Positions 40,863 to 50,542 of a stretch of 64,000 nucleotides of DNA are shown here, piece by piece; positions within the stretch are counted from its first letter, which is position 1; each line of letters begins with the position of its first letter. The DNA comes from a virus. The position numbers and the translations under genes are program-made. The stretch spans positions 36,319 to 100,318 of IMG/VR virus record IMGVR_UViG_3300006802_012847. One strand, 5' to 3'. Under the pieces are notes generated by a model. The model was not told the DNA's origin, ran no database searches, and worked only from the letters and a program-made list of their open reading frames with translations.

Positions 40863-41153
40863 ATGAGATATCAATTTACTCCAACTAATAATAGATTTGA
40901 CGGAAGTAAGGTGTATAAAACTACATATTATCCAGTGATACCACCTGATCCTACCGATATGTATATCATTGCTGATACAGAACAATATCTGGACAGTTTG
41001 GCAAAAAAATATTATGGAGATGAATCTTACTGGTGGGTAATAGCAAATGCTAATGGAATCGGAATGGGAAAACTATCTATTCCTGTTGGGAAACAAATTA
41101 GAATTCCTGGCAATTTAACAAGAATACTCCAAAATCTAAAATCGGTTAATTAA
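40863..41153 (+). CDS. LysM-like baseplate wedge protein (gp53-like)
   Basis: LDSLAKKYYGDESYWWVIANAN..GKQIRIP. Confidence 0.8.
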   Translation: MRYQFTPTNNRFDGSKVYKTTYYPVIPPDPTDMYIIADTEQYLDSLAKKYYGDESYWWVIANANGIGMGKLSIPVGKQIRIPGNLTRILQNLKSVN

Positions 41154-41158
41154 GTTAT

Positions 41159-44100
41159 ATGGCTAAAACAGTAATAAAATCGAGGTCAATTAAAACAAAT
41201 CAGCCGTCTTCGCCAGCTCGTGCGAAACAACTGCAAGCTTTTGTAAAGACCAGTAATTTTACTACCGAAAATATTATTGAAGAACCTCGTTGGTGGGAAG
41301 CTCAAAATATTCCATGGCAGTTAGTGCAAGAATTAAGAAGAAGAAAGTCCAATAATAACATAGGACAAGACTATCCATCAAAAGTTCCATTCGATGTTAC
41401 TGGAGATTTTTTTACACACCATAAAGATTACAAAGGACCACTCACACCATGGATTAGAGCATTTTCAAACGGAACTGGTAGAGTTGGATCAACATACGTT
41501 CCTAAAAGTAAGTATCTTTATAAAAATGACGCCGTTCAAACATACAATGGTTTTTTGTTAGAAGGTGGTCACGGATTTAACCAAGCGTATGGTTTCAAAA
41601 GAAATGGAAATGTTTTAGATAATGATAAAGCAATTATAGGATTTCAAGCAAATGGAGAACCACACTACATAGATACAAAATATAGAGACAATTATAAATA
41701 CAGTTCTCCAATCGATTGTAATTTCCCACAAAGGTCTAATGTTCCGTCTGTGATACCTCCGCCGGGCATTATAAGCATTGACATAAAAACATCAAAAGAT
41801 ATGTTATCATTTGCTACAATTAAATGGAGATGTTATACACTTGCTCAATTAGAGTATATGACTCCATTTTGGTTGTCTCCTAAAATTAATGTTTTTCTAG
41901 AATTCGGGTGGAACTTATATAATATAGATTCTTTGTTAGATCTAACCGATTTAAATGAATGTCGTAGCTTAATCAGAACTCCGCAAATTGCTGTAGATCG
42001 ATGGTACGACTCGTATGGAAATTACGGACTTGTAACAGGCATAATAACTAAATACAATTTTTCTACGAAAGATGGTATAGTATATGATTGTACAACAGAG
42101 ATAACATCCAGACAAGCCATGTATTCTGGTTTTAGGGTAGATAACCCAGTTTCTACATTTTATTTATCAGACAATGGAAATAATCCAAATACAGTAGAAC
42201 ATTTAACTCTTAAAAACTTCATGAAAACATATTTGACAGCAGTAACTGCTAAAGATGTTTTAAGAGCTAACATGAATTATGTTGAATATCTTTATACCAA
42301 GAAAAATATTAGTATAGCTAAACAAGGAGTAGATAGTGATCCAAACTTAATACGAAGTCCTAAAGAGGATGTAAATTATTTTTATGAAGGAAAGTCTGAA
42401 AATAGAATTTTTGTACCGAGAATTGAATCTATATATGGTGCTGCAGCAAATTTTAAGCCAAGAAGTGTCGGCGGCACCGGAACTTATGGATATGCTCCAG
42501 TAGTTCCTCCACCAGGTTCATATTATGACATACCTTCAGTGGATGCTATCCAATATGGTACGGATGAGGATGGAGCAAGACTTATATCTGATTTAGACAC
42601 CGAAACAGATTTTGACGCTCCAAATCCGTCAGCAACTGATCGAGTTTGGTATCAATTGGATTTTGTCTTCGAAGTAATTAATTTGTTCTGTGAAGAAAAT
42701 TATACAAAGAACAATAGAATTGATATTTCAGATACCGTTATAGGAGCACACCCAAACTTAATATCATGTGATTCAGATATATTAATACCAAATCCAGTTG
42801 CACCTAAGTTTAATAAAGGTAGAATACCTAGTTCGACAAAAGAAGGATTTTTAGAACAAGACGATATAAAAGATTCATCTGGGAATATTGTAAACGAATT
42901 TCCATATCAATGGTCATTTGATGATTGGAATGGTTATATAAATGATGCTGATAAATTTAGAAATGAATTATCATCTAGTAGATCAGAATGTGAAGAAAAT
43001 TCATCTCAACCTCCTTGGCAAGCAGCTATTGCACAATATAACGCATTTAAAACATTAGGCGCGCCCAGAGATAATTTAGATACTATTATCAATAAACTTT
43101 ATTATCAAAAACAATTTGAATCCAGAAAAAATAATAAACAACGTGTTAAATTGGCATCATTTCCAGCAGCGATTGATATCAACATAAAACAAAATGATGG
43201 AAATGAAAATGTGTATAAAAGATATTACAACGGATATCTAAAACACATTTATATTAGTTCAAATGTATTAGTAAATCTTGGGTCTGATTCATCTATTAAA
43301 ACTTTATCCGATTTAGTAAAATCTATATTGGATAGAGTAAATAATTCAGTTGACGGATTTTGGAATTTAGATATAGTCGAAAATGCTCGAGGTGGATTGG
43401 GCGTAATTGATAAGAACGTAAATTTTCAAAATGCAAAAAATTTATACGCATTTGATTTAGGTACTACAAACTCATTTGTTAAAAGTTATGATTTACAAGT
43501 TAATATGACAAATGAACAAACCGTACAAGCTTTATATGGAGCTGGGCAAAATACCGATGCAACTGTAGAAACTGTTATAAAGAAAATAGATGAGATAAAA
43601 AAAGCTGGGTTACCAATTCAAGAACAGATGGATAGAATAACAACTGTATCAAAGATGCCTGGTATAGTATATAGAGATAGATTCGAAGATGAAGAATTAC
43701 AACAAATAGTAAATAATGAACTAGAAGAATTATTAGCACAACAAGAAGAAAAAGAAAAGTTGGAAAAAGATACTTCTAAAAACTCTACTAGTACCGCTAA
43801 TATTCCAAAGGGGCCATTTAAAGAAAAAAATGAAGAAATAAGACAACTACAGATTTATGGAAAAGGAAATGCGAAGGACGCACCTTTAACTATGAGGTTG
43901 AGAAAATTATCTGCGAATCATGATTTGAATGATAGAGGACAAATTATAGATAAGCGTGACAAATCTTTGGTAGATGCAACAAAACTGCATAATTGGGTAA
44001 ATTTAACATTGCCGTCATACATGAAAGAAAGATTAAGACAAATGTTGGATGATGGAGATCTAACAAATAATACTTCTACATATGCTGGACCAGCAGATAA

Positions 44101-44314
44101 TTTCACATTACAGTTGACATTGGATGGAATATTTGGATTTAGAATGTTTCAACATTTTGCTGTAATGAATTTGCCTAAACCTTATGTCCCTGGCAATGTG
44201 ATATTTCAAATAAGTGAAGTTTCTCATCAATTATCTGGTGGAAAATGGGAGACAAATATAACAGCGATGTTAAGATGTGTAGGCACAAAACGATATAATT
44301 ATATTGTAATATGA
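41159..44314 (+). CDS. baseplate hub-like protein
   Basis: 1051 aa; PPPGIISIDIK, VFLEFGW, LTLDGIFG, FQISEVSHQLSGGKWET. Confidence 0.6.
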   Translation: MAKTVIKSRSIKTNQPSSPARAKQLQAFVKTSNFTTENIIEEPRWWEAQNIPWQLVQELRRRKSNNNIGQDYPSKVPFDVTGDFFTHHKDYKGPLTPWIRAFSNGTGRVGSTYVPKSKYLYKNDAVQTYNGFLLEGGHGFNQAYGFKRNGNVLDNDKAIIGFQANGEPHYIDTKYRDNYKYSSPIDCNFPQRSNVPSVIPPPGIISIDIKTSKDMLSFATIKWRCYTLAQLEYMTPFWLSPKINVFLEFGWNLYNIDSLLDLTDLNECRSLIRTPQIAVDRWYDSYGNYGLVTGIITKYNFSTKDGIVYDCTTEITSRQAMYSGFRVDNPVSTFYLSDNGNNPNTVEHLTLKNFMKTYLTAVTAKDVLRANMNYVEYLYTKKNISIAKQGVDSDPNLIRSPKEDVNYFYEGKSENRIFVPRIESIYGAAANFKPRSVGGTGTYGYAPVVPPPGSYYDIPSVDAIQYGTDEDGARLISDLDTETDFDAPNPSATDRVWYQLDFVFEVINLFCEENYTKNNRIDISDTVIGAHPNLISCDSDILIPNPVAPKFNKGRIPSSTKEGFLEQDDIKDSSGNIVNEFPYQWSFDDWNGYINDADKFRNELSSSRSECEENSSQPPWQAAIAQYNAFKTLGAPRDNLDTIINKLYYQKQFESRKNNKQRVKLASFPAAIDINIKQNDGNENVYKRYYNGYLKHIYISSNVLVNLGSDSSIKTLSDLVKSILDRVNNSVDGFWNLDIVENARGGLGVIDKNVNFQNAKNLYAFDLGTTNSFVKSYDLQVNMTNEQTVQALYGAGQNTDATVETVIKKIDEIKKAGLPIQEQMDRITTVSKMPGIVYRDRFEDEELQQIVNNELEELLAQQEEKEKLEKDTSKNSTSTANIPKGPFKEKNEEIRQLQIYGKGNAKDAPLTMRLRKLSANHDLNDRGQIIDKRDKSLVDATKLHNWVNLTLPSYMKERLRQMLDDGDLTNNTSTYAGPADNFTLQLTLDGIFGFRMFQHFAVMNLPKPYVPGNVIFQISEVSHQLSGGKWETNITAMLRCVGTKRYNYIVI

Positions 44315-44697
44315 TAAACGATACTAGTGTAGATTTAAAATTAAAACTAGGATATGGAAATTACCAAGTAACATTTCCGTCTCCTTACATTCGTAAAATT
44401 GATGATAAAGATTATAAAAATGGATACATAAAAAGGTATTTTGTTACTAAAAGAAATGTTTTAGATTATATAGAAATAAGTTTAAAAGATTATAATTCTG
44501 TCAATGGTTCTTTTTTCAATAAAGGAGAATTAATGTGGAAAATAACTGGACCACGATTTAATGTTTACAAAGGAACAATACTTGAAACTACAGGCGTAGA
44601 AGAGTATAATGCTTATCAAATTGCTACACTGGAACAAACATTGCCCGGCGTTGCAAAAATCCTTCCCGATCTCACACAATATTGGCGCAAGTATTAA
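44311..44697 (+). CDS. conserved hypothetical protein
   Basis: 128 aa; DYKNGYIKRYF..WKITGP. Confidence 0.6.
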   Translation: MINDTSVDLKLKLGYGNYQVTFPSPYIRKIDDKDYKNGYIKRYFVTKRNVLDYIEISLKDYNSVNGSFFNKGELMWKITGPRFNVYKGTILETTGVEEYNAYQIATLEQTLPGVAKILPDLTQYWRKY

Positions 44698-44701
44698 TTT
44701 C

Positions 44702-44730
44702 TTGACCAGAATGATTCCGCCCTATAAGTT
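44702..44730 (+). promoter_or_regulatory. sigma70-type promoter, leaderless, for DNA polymerase
   Basis: TTGACC-17-TAAGTT; GTG codons at 44734 and 44737. Confidence 0.55.
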
Positions 44731-44733
44731 AGC

Positions 44734-46032
44734 GTGGTGATAGAGTCATCTAAAATATATTTAAAAATAGTTTGTAGAGATGGAAATATTCATCCATTCC
44801 ACGATGAACCTATTGCTGCATTTGTATATGATTATGATACAAATAAAATAAATTATTTTAATTTTTCCCATCCCGATAAAAGTAAAGACTGTACTTTTTC
44901 TCAATTTAAGAAGTTGTTGAAAGTTGATAAAATATTTGTAAACAATAAAAAACGTTACAAATATTATTTAGATGTAGAAAACTTATATGATGTTAATTTG
45001 TTTTCGTTTATTGATACTGGAGACATTTTGGAGTTTAAGACTGATTTTTGTACAACTCATCTAAGAATGAAGCATCATGGTATAAATCAATTTAATTTGA
45101 TTGTACCTTATGTAACTCACCAAAAAGAATTTGATAAAGAAGTTGATGTGATTTGTGATATTGATGATGATTTAATCGACTCGTATTGTTTTAAATTTTT
45201 CAACACTGTAGCATCAGACACATTGTTTCAAATTGAGAAAAATGGATTATCAGTAGATAAAGATATATTTCGTAAGTACTTTGATTCTAAAGTAACTAAA
45301 GGAATGGTACATACAGAGTATAGTATTTATAATCCAACTGGACGACCGAGTAATAAGTTTGACAATGTTAACTATGTTGCTTTAAATAAAGAAAACGGGT
45401 GTAGAGAAAGTTTTAAATCTAGATATGATGGTGGACAACTTTTAATGGTAGACTTTACTGGTTTTCATCCTTACCTAGTTGCTCGACTTATACAATATAA
45501 AGTTCCAGATGATGAAACTATTTATGAACATCTTGCTAAACAGTATTACAATATTGATAATGTAGATGATGCTATCATGGCGAAATCCAAAAAGTTAACT
45601 ATGGTTAATTTGTATGGTCAGATAAATGAAAGTTATTTAAACATACAGTATTTTCAGAAAGTGGAAGAATTAAAAGAAAGTTATTGGACCGATTTTATTA
45701 ACAATGGATACGTAACTACACCGATATATAAACGAAAGATCAATAAAAATCATATTATTGATCCTAATAAGAATAAGTTATTTGCATATATAATTCAAGC
45801 CACAGAGACTGAATATGGGTTAAATGCTTTAAATAATGTCATAAAGTATGTCAAAGGTAAAGATATTACGCCTATACTCTATGTTTATGACAGTATTGTC
45901 TTTGATATAAAAAATTGTAATATTGAAGACTCTGATATTCAAGATATTATTAATATAATCCGTAGTAACAGATTTAAAGTCAAAGTTTATATAGGAAATA
46001 ATTATAATGAATTGAAATTAGTTGATCTGTAG
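44734..46032 (+). CDS. polA: compact family-A DNA polymerase
   Basis: TGRPS, motif A LMVDFTGFH, motif B KSKKLTMVNLYG, IQATE, motif C VYDSIVFD. Confidence 0.75.
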   Translation: MVIESSKIYLKIVCRDGNIHPFHDEPIAAFVYDYDTNKINYFNFSHPDKSKDCTFSQFKKLLKVDKIFVNNKKRYKYYLDVENLYDVNLFSFIDTGDILEFKTDFCTTHLRMKHHGINQFNLIVPYVTHQKEFDKEVDVICDIDDDLIDSYCFKFFNTVASDTLFQIEKNGLSVDKDIFRKYFDSKVTKGMVHTEYSIYNPTGRPSNKFDNVNYVALNKENGCRESFKSRYDGGQLLMVDFTGFHPYLVARLIQYKVPDDETIYEHLAKQYYNIDNVDDAIMAKSKKLTMVNLYGQINESYLNIQYFQKVEELKESYWTDFINNGYVTTPIYKRKINKNHIIDPNKNKLFAYIIQATETEYGLNALNNVIKYVKGKDITPILYVYDSIVFDIKNCNIEDSDIQDIINIIRSNRFKVKVYIGNNYNELKLVDL

Positions 46033-46047
46033 TACTATTTATAATAG

Positions 46048-47904
46048 ATGAACTTTAGGTCAATTATAAATAATATTTGTTGTGACAGCAGGCTCAAAGA
46101 GGGTGTGCTGAATCTTGAGAATGCCGAACATGTATTCGTGTTACAAGAGTACTTAGAAGAAGCTGGGTATGATATTAATGAAATTGTCGAAAAGACTGCT
46201 AAACTATTTGAAGCAGGTAGATTTCCCGAAAGGCAAGCATACAATAAAGATGGCATTCTTGTCACGTTTCCAACAAAAGAATATCGTGACAGAGCCGTTA
46301 ATAAAGGAACACACTTTGCCGAAAATCCTAAAAAGAACATCGGTACATTATTCGCACCTGGTCACACAGGGGAATTATCTACATCCGACATCGACGGCAC
46401 CATTGATTCAGATACTACAAATAACAATGAACCAGAATCGTCGAAAGAACCAGAAGATCAAGATTCAAAATCACTAGATCAAGAATTAGATCAAAAGGTA
46501 ACTGGCGATGATGATGTTGATAATAGAACTCCGAAAGAAAAATATCAAGATGGAGAAGCGGTAGATTATATTTTAACTAATGATCCCCTTCAAAACTATT
46601 CTGTTAATGAAACGAAAGAATGGTATACAATTGAAGAAGCAAAAGAATTGGGATATATCAAAGACGGATTATTGTGGTACAGTAATGAAAAATTAATTGG
46701 AGAACAATTTTACGATGATGTAGATGGTAAAGTTAAAATTAAATCAAGAGAATTTTATAAACCACCTTCGACCTTAAATGAAGGACCTGGGTGTAATGCT
46801 CAGAAAATGGAGACATATATCGACCAAGAATTCAATGGAATCGATTCAAAAGATTCTACAGCTAAAATTATTGCTTCTAAGTTAAAATCAATTGACAAGA
46901 TCAAAACAAGTCAAGAATTAGGAAACAAACAATGTCCTATATCTAATCAATATTTTTCTGAATTAAATAAAACTTCTAAAACTGACTTAGTATTTAATGA
47001 TAAGTTGAGAGTCAGTATGAAGTATGAAATAGCACAATTGTGTAGTGCTCAAAATTTAGAAATGAATTCTGTAATTTCTTCTGTGTTGAGAGAAAACGGA
47101 GAAGAACAACAAATTTTAAATCAAATAGGTTCGTTTATTATGGACGGACTTAAAAAAGACTTCTATATTGGATTAAAAGATCAAATAAAGAGTGAACTGC
47201 ATAAATCGTTAACCACAGCGATCAAATCAAATGATGAATCTGAAATAACAAAAGCAGTATCCAATATAGAATCGATAATAAATAAAAATAAAAAATATTT
47301 AAATGATGGTGTATTACCTCTTGATTCTAATTTAGTAATATCAAAAATAAATCGAGTATTTACAGATCCTAAACTTAAACATCAATTTATTGGTGAACTA
47401 GCAACTGGTCGTCTTAGATTCAAACAAGGAAAAGCTGATTTCTCAGCGATTTGTATTGCTGATCATATGATGACTTGGAATTGCGATGGCAACTATAAGT
47501 TGTATACTGTAGATAAATTTATTAATCAAAATGTAAATAACATTAATTTTAGATTTTCTAATCGTGGAGGAGCTCGCGGAATAGCATTAAGAGGAGATAT
47601 TAAAACAAAAATATCTGAACAACAACTTGATGAAATATCACTTTCTTCTATTAAAGATTCAATCTTTTCCATTTTATCCACGGATATATTAGAATTATTA
47701 AAGAATTTGTCGGGTAAAACAAAAGAATATTTTTCAAATGCTTGGAATAAAATAAAAAGCATGATCGAAGAATTGTTAGAATATATTGCTAAGATTGGTA
47801 GAATAATTGCTGCTTATATCGAAGAGGGATATATTCGTGTTATGGAACTTCTAGGGTTTGAGTCAGAGGGATTTGGAACGTGGAAATGGGAACCGCCGAT
47901 TTAA
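46048..47904 (+). CDS. multi-domain late protein with PD-(D/E)xK-like segment
   Basis: KTSKTDLVFNDKLRVSMK; several LxE sites; TATTTAT at 46036. Confidence 0.5.
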   Translation: MNFRSIINNICCDSRLKEGVLNLENAEHVFVLQEYLEEAGYDINEIVEKTAKLFEAGRFPERQAYNKDGILVTFPTKEYRDRAVNKGTHFAENPKKNIGTLFAPGHTGELSTSDIDGTIDSDTTNNNEPESSKEPEDQDSKSLDQELDQKVTGDDDVDNRTPKEKYQDGEAVDYILTNDPLQNYSVNETKEWYTIEEAKELGYIKDGLLWYSNEKLIGEQFYDDVDGKVKIKSREFYKPPSTLNEGPGCNAQKMETYIDQEFNGIDSKDSTAKIIASKLKSIDKIKTSQELGNKQCPISNQYFSELNKTSKTDLVFNDKLRVSMKYEIAQLCSAQNLEMNSVISSVLRENGEEQQILNQIGSFIMDGLKKDFYIGLKDQIKSELHKSLTTAIKSNDESEITKAVSNIESIINKNKKYLNDGVLPLDSNLVISKINRVFTDPKLKHQFIGELATGRLRFKQGKADFSAICIADHMMTWNCDGNYKLYTVDKFINQNVNNINFRFSNRGGARGIALRGDIKTKISEQQLDEISLSSIKDSIFSILSTDILELLKNLSGKTKEYFSNAWNKIKSMIEELLEYIAKIGRIIAAYIEEGYIRVMELLGFESEGFGTWKWEPPI

Positions 47905-47919
47905 TGCGGAATAACGACT

Positions 47920-48315
47920 ATGATACAAAAACAACTACTTTGTACATTCACTGATAGTACTAGATATCAACAAGTAATAAAAGATGTTGAAAATACATAT
48001 GACTTAGTTGATAATAGACTATTTGTGTTTGCGAATGAAAAAAATTTAAGAGAATTATATTTGACATTCAATATTGAAAGAAATCCAAATAATAAAGTCA
48101 AATATCCAAACACCATCAGTGTGCATCGAAAAAAACAAACAAATACATTGTATACACTTAATGCGATGAATCGTTTGATTGAAGATGAAAATGAAGGTGT
48201 CTTCGATAAAACATTTCAATTAAACTGGGATTTATATAAAAATTCAATTATTTTAATCACCGATATTGGAGTGAAAATAGTTCCATTAAAATTGTTTTCT
48301 ATCATAAATATTTAA
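47920..48315 (+). CDS. conserved hypothetical protein
   Basis: QLLCTF..TISVHRKKQTNTLYTLNAMN. Confidence 0.65.
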   Translation: MIQKQLLCTFTDSTRYQQVIKDVENTYDLVDNRLFVFANEKNLRELYLTFNIERNPNNKVKYPNTISVHRKKQTNTLYTLNAMNRLIEDENEGVFDKTFQLNWDLYKNSIILITDIGVKIVPLKLFSIINI

Positions 48316-48329
48316 TATTTATTTAGACC

Positions 48330-48358
48330 TTGACATGGATAACATTTGAGTGTATATT
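48330..48358 (+). promoter_or_regulatory. sigma70-type promoter for SSB
   Basis: TTGACA-17-TATATT. Confidence 0.7.
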
Positions 48359-48455
48359 CACGTCATGGTAAAAACTGTTATATCGCTTAATTCGGGTGAA
48401 TTAAGACTAATTAACATAATTAAACCAATTAAACACTTAAAATAATTAAACAATT

Positions 48456-49337
48456 ATGGCATTAAATATATCTCAATTAAAGAATCGTTTGAGTGCTCTC
48501 TCAAACCAAGGAAGTGACAAGAAATCAAACATGATCTGGAAACCAAAGCCAGGTAAACAAGTTGTAAGAATTGTCCCTTATAAATTCAACCCAGAAAACC
48601 CTTTCATTGAACTCAAGTTCCATTATAATCTTAATGGTAAGACTTATCTCTCTCCTGACAGTTTCGGTCGTCCTGACCCAATTGTGGAGTTTTCTAACCG
48701 TCTTAAAAAGACTGGTTCAAAGGAAGATTGGCAAATGGGTAGGAAGATGGAACCAAAGCTTCGTACTTTTGCTCCAGTAATTGTACGTGGAGAAGAATCC
48801 GAAGGTGTAAAGTTCTGGGGATTCGGCAAGACTGTATATCAAGAATTGGTATCTGTCTGTCTTGATCCAGAATATGGTGATATTACAGACGCAGCTGAAG
48901 GTCGTGATATTACTGTAGAATTTAAGACAGCTGAAGAAGCTGGAAAAAGTTTTCCAGAAACTACAGTTCGTGTTAAGCCAAATACTTCGCCTGCTGTTGA
49001 TCCTAAAAATAAGGATCTTATGGAAAACCTCAAGAATCAGTCTAATATTCTTGATATGTTTCCAGAACTTTCTTATGAAGAACTCAAGGAAGTTATGGAC
49101 GCATGGCTTAATCCAGATGCAGAATCAGATGATGATGTAGAACCTTCTCTCGATACGGGTGGAGACTCATATACGCCTCAATCCGGCGACGACGAGGAAG
49201 AAACAGTATCTGCTTCAGTTACTGCTGTAAAGACTCCTAAGAAGGCGGCTGTGGCATCTCCAAGTGCTGCTGCTTCAAAAAAATCTTCGATGACCGATGA
49301 TGTTTCTAAGGCATTCGACGATTTGTTTAATTCCTAA
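48456..49337 (+). CDS. single-stranded DNA-binding protein (gp32-like)
   Basis: WKPKPG..RIVP, VKFWGFGKTVY, GDITD..GRD, acidic tail ending FDDLFNS. Confidence 0.88.
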   Translation: MALNISQLKNRLSALSNQGSDKKSNMIWKPKPGKQVVRIVPYKFNPENPFIELKFHYNLNGKTYLSPDSFGRPDPIVEFSNRLKKTGSKEDWQMGRKMEPKLRTFAPVIVRGEESEGVKFWGFGKTVYQELVSVCLDPEYGDITDAAEGRDITVEFKTAEEAGKSFPETTVRVKPNTSPAVDPKNKDLMENLKNQSNILDMFPELSYEELKEVMDAWLNPDAESDDDVEPSLDTGGDSYTPQSGDDEEETVSASVTAVKTPKKAAVASPSAAASKKSSMTDDVSKAFDDLFNS

Positions 49338-49346
49338 AAAATAAAT

Positions 49347-49381
49347 AAAGCCGCTGGGGATTTTTATACCCCAGTGGCTTT
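49347..49381 (+). terminator. hairpin / weak terminator after SSB
   Basis: AAAGCCGCTGGGG..CCCCAGTGGCTTT. Confidence 0.6.
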
Positions 49382-49396
49382 CTAGTTATACATGTT

Positions 49397-50539
49397 ATGG
49401 TAAAGAAATCTAGTAAAAATACTGCTTCTTCTGGAAGAGATGAACTTTTAGATCTACTTCAATCTGAGTTAAATAAGGCTAATAAAGATGGAGGTAAAAT
49501 TGCTTATACATTGGATGAAGATGATAATCCCACCGATGTGAGTGAATGGATCAGTACTGGTTCGTCAATGTTAGATTTAGCAATTAGCAACAGACCTCAC
49601 GGCGGTTTGCCTGTAGGTCGTATGGTGGAGTTTAATGGTCTAGAAGGAACTGGAAAGAGTCTAATCTCCGCACATGTTGTGGCAGAGACTCAGAAGAAAG
49701 GTGGAGTAGCAGTTCTGATTGATACAGAAAATGCTGGTTCTCCAGAATTCTGGCAAAGCTTAGGAGTAGACTTAAAGAAAATGTTATATGTACAGTGTGA
49801 AACTGTCGAAGACATTTTTGAACAGATGGAACGAATGATTACAATTGTAAGAAAATCCAATAAAGATAGAATTCTTACAATCATTGTTGATTCAGTTGCT
49901 GCTGCTTCTACTAAAGCTGAATTAGAAAGTGACCATGGTAAAGATGGATTTGCTACTGGTAAATCTATCATTATCTCTAAGGCCATGAGAAAAATTACCA
50001 ATATGATTGGTAAACAAAAAGTGTTAACTATCTTTACTAATCAACTACGTCAAAATTTGAATGCTATGGCATTTGGGGATAAGTATGTTGTTAGTGGAGG
50101 AAAAGCACTTGCTTATCATTGTAGTGTTCGCGTTCGATTGAATAATAGCGGAAAGCTCAAGAAAGGTACTGATGTTATTGGCAATGAGTGTAAAGCTGTA
50201 GTTGTTAAAAATCGAATGGGTCCGCCACAAAGAACCGCTATCTTTGAAATTTATTTTGATAGTGGTATTGCTGACTATAGTAGTTGGATCAAGGTTATGA
50301 AGGAAAATAACGTTGTCAAACAAGGCGGCGCTTATTATACTTACACAAAAGATGATGGATCGGAATGGAAGTTTCAATCCAAAACGTTTATAGATGAATT
50401 ACAAAAAGACACAAAGCTTAAAGAAGAAATTTATAGTAAGATTTGTGATGCTGTAATCATGAAGTACAAAGATCCAAATAGTAAAATAGTTGAAGATGCT
50501 GAAGTTTCTACCGACGAGGAAGATGACAGTGTTGAATAA
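49397..50539 (+). CDS. recA: RecA/UvsX recombinase
   Basis: ISTGS..LD, GLEGTGKS, IDTE, IVDSVAA, FTNQLR, SGGKAL, KNRMGPP. Confidence 0.93.
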   Translation: MVKKSSKNTASSGRDELLDLLQSELNKANKDGGKIAYTLDEDDNPTDVSEWISTGSSMLDLAISNRPHGGLPVGRMVEFNGLEGTGKSLISAHVVAETQKKGGVAVLIDTENAGSPEFWQSLGVDLKKMLYVQCETVEDIFEQMERMITIVRKSNKDRILTIIVDSVAAASTKAELESDHGKDGFATGKSIIISKAMRKITNMIGKQKVLTIFTNQLRQNLNAMAFGDKYVVSGGKALAYHCSVRVRLNNSGKLKKGTDVIGNECKAVVVKNRMGPPQRTAIFEIYFDSGIADYSSWIKVMKENNVVKQGGAYYTYTKDDGSEWKFQSKTFIDELQKDTKLKEEIYSKICDAVIMKYKDPNSKIVEDAEVSTDEEDDSVE

Positions 50540-50542
50540 AAG

